This document shows positions 61,347 through 64,000 of a DNA stretch of 64,000 bases, one piece after another. The stretch spans positions 155,599-219,598 of the forward strand of contig CAWJPW010000009.1 of assembly GCA_963844845.1 (NCBI GenBank), read 5' to 3'. Numbering within the stretch: position 1 is the stretch's first letter; every line of letters begins with the position of its first letter. This DNA comes from an uncultured Acidobacteriota bacterium. Its GTDB lineage: Bacteria > Acidobacteriota > Thermoanaerobaculia > Thermoanaerobaculales > Sulfomarinibacteraceae. A model generated the notes under the pieces. It had not been told where the DNA came from. It worked only from the letters and a program-made list of their open reading frames with translations, and made no database searches. Position numbers and translations under genes: made by a program.

Positions 61347-62444
61347 TCAGTCGGCTGAAGGCGTCGGCGCCGATTCGGGCTGCGGCTTGGCTGGAGCGGG
61401 CACCTTGACGCCCTTCCTGGCCAACTCCTCGTTGATGATTCCGGCCACGGTCTCGAAGGGCTGGGCGCCCCGCACCAGGCGCCCGTTCACGAAGAACGTG
61501 GGGGTGGCGTTGGCGCCCACCGCACTCGCCTCGGCGAGATCGGCATCGACGCGGGCCGCCTCCTGGTGCGAATCGAGGCAGGTGGCGAACTTGTCGGCGT
61601 CGAGGCCGAGCTCCGCCGCCGCGGCCTTGAAGTGCTCGGGGGCCAGCTTGTCGTGGTTGGCGAAGAGCCACTCGTGCATCTTCCAGAACGCACCCTGCTG
61701 CTGTGCACAAAGAGCCGCCTCGGCGGCTGACCTGGCCTGCTGATGCATGGGCAACGGCAGCTGCTTGACCACCAGCCGAACCGTGTCGCCGTAGGTCTCG
61801 CGCACCTTCTTCACGGTCTCCTGCGACCGCGTGCAGAACGGGCACTGGTAGTCCGCGAACTCCACCATGGTCACCGGCGCGTCGGCCGGGCCCGTGCTGG
61901 GGTCGTCGGCATCCAGCGGCACGTCCACCCGTGGCGGGTCGAGCTTCACGGTGAGCCCGGCGTCGGCCAGGAGGCGGTCCTTGAACGCAGACTCGAGGCT
62001 GCTCAGCTTCCGCTGACGCAGCACGTCCACAACCTGCTGGCGGGCCTGATCGTCGTCCTTGGCCAGCTGCCCGCGGTACCGGGCCATCATGCTGCTGACC
62101 TCGTCATCCGACGGAGGCGCCACCTTGCTGGTGACCTCCCGCTGGTACAGCGCATCGGTGGTGATGCCCTCGGCCTTCGCCTCGGCCTCGAGCATGCGCT
62201 TGTAAACCATGTCCTTGAGGACCGATTGCTTGAGGTCGTAGATCTGCTGCAGCAGCGGCACGAGGCTGCTGTGCGCCTCGGCATCGAGCTCGGCCGCGGT
62301 GATGGCGCCATCTTTGAAAGTCGCCACGACCTGACCGTCGCCCGGCGCATTGGCAGTGGTTGCTGCGGCCGGGCCTTCCTGGGCGACAAGTGGAGCCGCC
62401 AGCATGGCGAGAACGGCAGCTGTGCATCCCAGACGTCGGAACAT
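61347..62444 (-). CDS. DsbA/thioredoxin domain protein with N-terminal helical domain
   Basis: Signal peptide; EFADYQCPFC, GAFWKMHE, ATPTFFVNG, GAQP. Confidence 0.9.
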   Translation of the reverse strand: MFRRLGCTAAVLAMLAAPLVAQEGPAAATTANAPGDGQVVATFKDGAITAAELDAEAHSSLVPLLQQIYDLKQSVLKDMVYKRMLEAEAKAEGITTDALYQREVTSKVAPPSDDEVSSMMARYRGQLAKDDDQARQQVVDVLRQRKLSSLESAFKDRLLADAGLTVKLDPPRVDVPLDADDPSTGPADAPVTMVEFADYQCPFCTRSQETVKKVRETYGDTVRLVVKQLPLPMHQQARSAAEAALCAQQQGAFWKMHEWLFANHDKLAPEHFKAAAAELGLDADKFATCLDSHQEAARVDADLAEASAVGANATPTFFVNGRLVRGAQPFETVAGIINEELARKGVKVPAPAKPQPESAPTPSAD

Positions 62445-62510
62445 CCTGTACCCCCTTGACGCCAAGTCGCGCGCGCACACGGCCCGCCGATGCTGGCGCC
62501 GCGTTCCATC

Positions 62511-63512
62511 CTACCCGTAATAGCTGCGTATCGCTCGATCGATGTCGGCCACGGTGGCAACCACATGGATTACCACCAAGCCGGTGGCCGCCCGCAGCGC
62601 CTCTCTGGGCGCTGGATCGGCAGGGTCAGCCACCGCCGTCGTGAGCACCCCTTCCTGCAGGCTCACCGGCAGCGTCATCAGGCGCCGCGCGAGCTCGGAC
62701 GGCACCAGCGTGCGAAGGCCGGCGGCGGGAGCCTGGTCGGCCAGCTCCATGAACGGGACTCCGTACTGAATCGCCAGCGCCACCGCGATCATCTTGTAGG
62801 TGGCGATCCCCATCTCCACCATCACCTCACCGAGCTTTCGCCGCCGTTGGTGGCTCTGGATCTCGAGCGCCTCCTCAAGCTCTTTGGCGTTGATGAAGCC
62901 CTGCTCGACCAGAATCTCACCGATGCGGGGGCCCTTGGGCTCGGCCTGAAGCGCCAGACTGCGGTCGAGCTTGTCGCGGGTCAGGAGCTGGCGGCGAACC
63001 AGGATCTCCCCGATCTGCTCAGTCTTGAGCCCGCGCTGCTGCTGCAACGCCTCCTCCACCCGGTCGCGGCTGACCATTCCTTCGTCAGCCAGGATGTCGC
63101 CCAGCCGCTTTACGTCGAGGACGTCGTGCACCGCCGTCAGCGGCACGTAGACCTTCTCGTACCACGAGCTGCCGGTGGGTACCAGGAAGAGCCCGGCGCG
63201 CGCTCCTCCGTAGCTGTGGGCAATACCGTGCAGGGCGTCGCCATCGGCGAAACGGACAGTGACGAGCCTGGCATTGGCAGGAAAGCGTTCCTCCCGCCCG
63301 GCGGCGTCGGGGGCGCTCAGGAAGGCCACGCTCTTGACCTCGTCGAACCGCACGCGGCGCGGCGCGTCTTCTCCCGTCGCATGAAGGTAGAACCATGGCT
63401 GCTGGGGGTTGAAGCTCTCCACCTGACCACGCGCCGACTCTCCGTCACGGTACGACACGGCTACGTCCGTGCCCATCGTCGAGATCTGGCGAATTTGATC
63501 GTCACGGGTCAT
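62511..63512 (-). CDS. Stand-alone MshEN (GSPII_N) domain protein with duplicated N-terminal beta domain
   Basis: Four (R/Q/K)(L/I)GxxLxxxG-type repeats, YGVPF, PVS...AVADP; no Walker A. Confidence 0.78.
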   Translation of the reverse strand: MTRDDQIRQISTMGTDVAVSYRDGESARGQVESFNPQQPWFYLHATGEDAPRRVRFDEVKSVAFLSAPDAAGREERFPANARLVTVRFADGDALHGIAHSYGGARAGLFLVPTGSSWYEKVYVPLTAVHDVLDVKRLGDILADEGMVSRDRVEEALQQQRGLKTEQIGEILVRRQLLTRDKLDRSLALQAEPKGPRIGEILVEQGFINAKELEEALEIQSHQRRRKLGEVMVEMGIATYKMIAVALAIQYGVPFMELADQAPAAGLRTLVPSELARRLMTLPVSLQEGVLTTAVADPADPAPREALRAATGLVVIHVVATVADIDRAIRSYYG

Positions 63513-63708
63513 CGCCCACCACCAACGAGAGCGCTCTCCTCACGGACCGGCCCTGAACACTTAGACCTCCGCTGGGTCGTAGATTCCCGCCGCAGCCGGG
63601 TAGCAGAGCGAATGATAGCAAACCAGGGCCTCGCAGCAGCGCTCGGCATGCCTGGGAGACGGCACCGCGACCGTCTCACTGCCGCTCGAGAGGGTCTATG
63701 CTCGTGCG

Positions 63709-64000
63709 ATGGGGAGTCGACCATCCCAGCTCTCGTCGGCCCGGCGATCGCGGCCTCCCAGCCGCCTCGGGCTGGTCGTAATCGTGCTCGCCGGCGTCGG
63801 GCTCGGTCTGATTGTGCTGCTGGGTGGACCCCGACCGTCGGCGCACGGGGGTGGTACCAGAGGACCGACGCCGAGCCCGTCGCCGAGGGCGGCCCCTTCC
63901 CCCACAGCCATTCCGTCGCCGACGCCATCGCCGCCGCAGACGCTGTCCACCGGCTGGGTGAACGTCCCGGCGCAACCGCCGCCCACCGCGACGCCGCCTC
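63709..64000 (+). CDS. Membrane-anchored Pro/Thr-rich protein (3' truncated by window edge)
   Basis: My translation: MGSRPSQ...LGLVVIVLAGVGLGLIVLLGG...PTPSPSP...; open to window end; TATGCT 6 nt before ATG. Confidence 0.55.
   Translation, partial: MGSRPSQLSSARRSRPPSRLGLVVIVLAGVGLGLIVLLGGPRPSAHGGGTRGPTPSPSPRAAPSPTAIPSPTPSPPQTLSTGWVNVPAQPPPTATPP

Noticed and set aside
63509-63986. Minus-strand ORFs at the window end
   Set aside because: The plus-strand frame from ATG 63709 (TM helix and Pro-rich linker) is more plausible.

Overview
High-GC bacterial chromosomal window; the gene content suggests Acidobacteriota, possibly Thermoanaerobaculia-like (inference). No rRNA, tRNA, CRISPR array or mobile element was seen. 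In order it carries: a type IV minor pilin/PilY1 operon (1-6566); mixed housekeeping genes (PPIases, radical SAM, alanine symporter, tricorn protease, aceEF, satP, NUDIX, EamA); a likely cyanophycin/isopeptide scavenging locus (M20 peptidase, secreted cyanophycinase, TonB-dependent receptor, RpiR regulator, YfcC transporter; 29175-36591); mntH-USP, a HAL2-like nucleotidase and purF; a lipid-inclusion cluster (43528-58043); then tex, an M23 peptidase, DsbA and a stand-alone MshEN protein. The lipid cluster is the most notable feature. It encodes an acyl-CoA ligase, a paired ArsA/GET3-like ATPase, PhaR with a histone-like tail, two phasins, SCP2, WS/DGAT, an ABC1/UbiB kinase, class I HMG-CoA reductase, patatin and an orphan ParA, but no PHA synthase. 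A shared 17-bp palindrome (TGCCGC-N3-GCGGCA) overlaps the phaR, phasin and parA promoters. This suggests a PhaR-controlled system that builds and positions neutral-lipid droplets. All calls come from motif recognition by eye; no searches were run.
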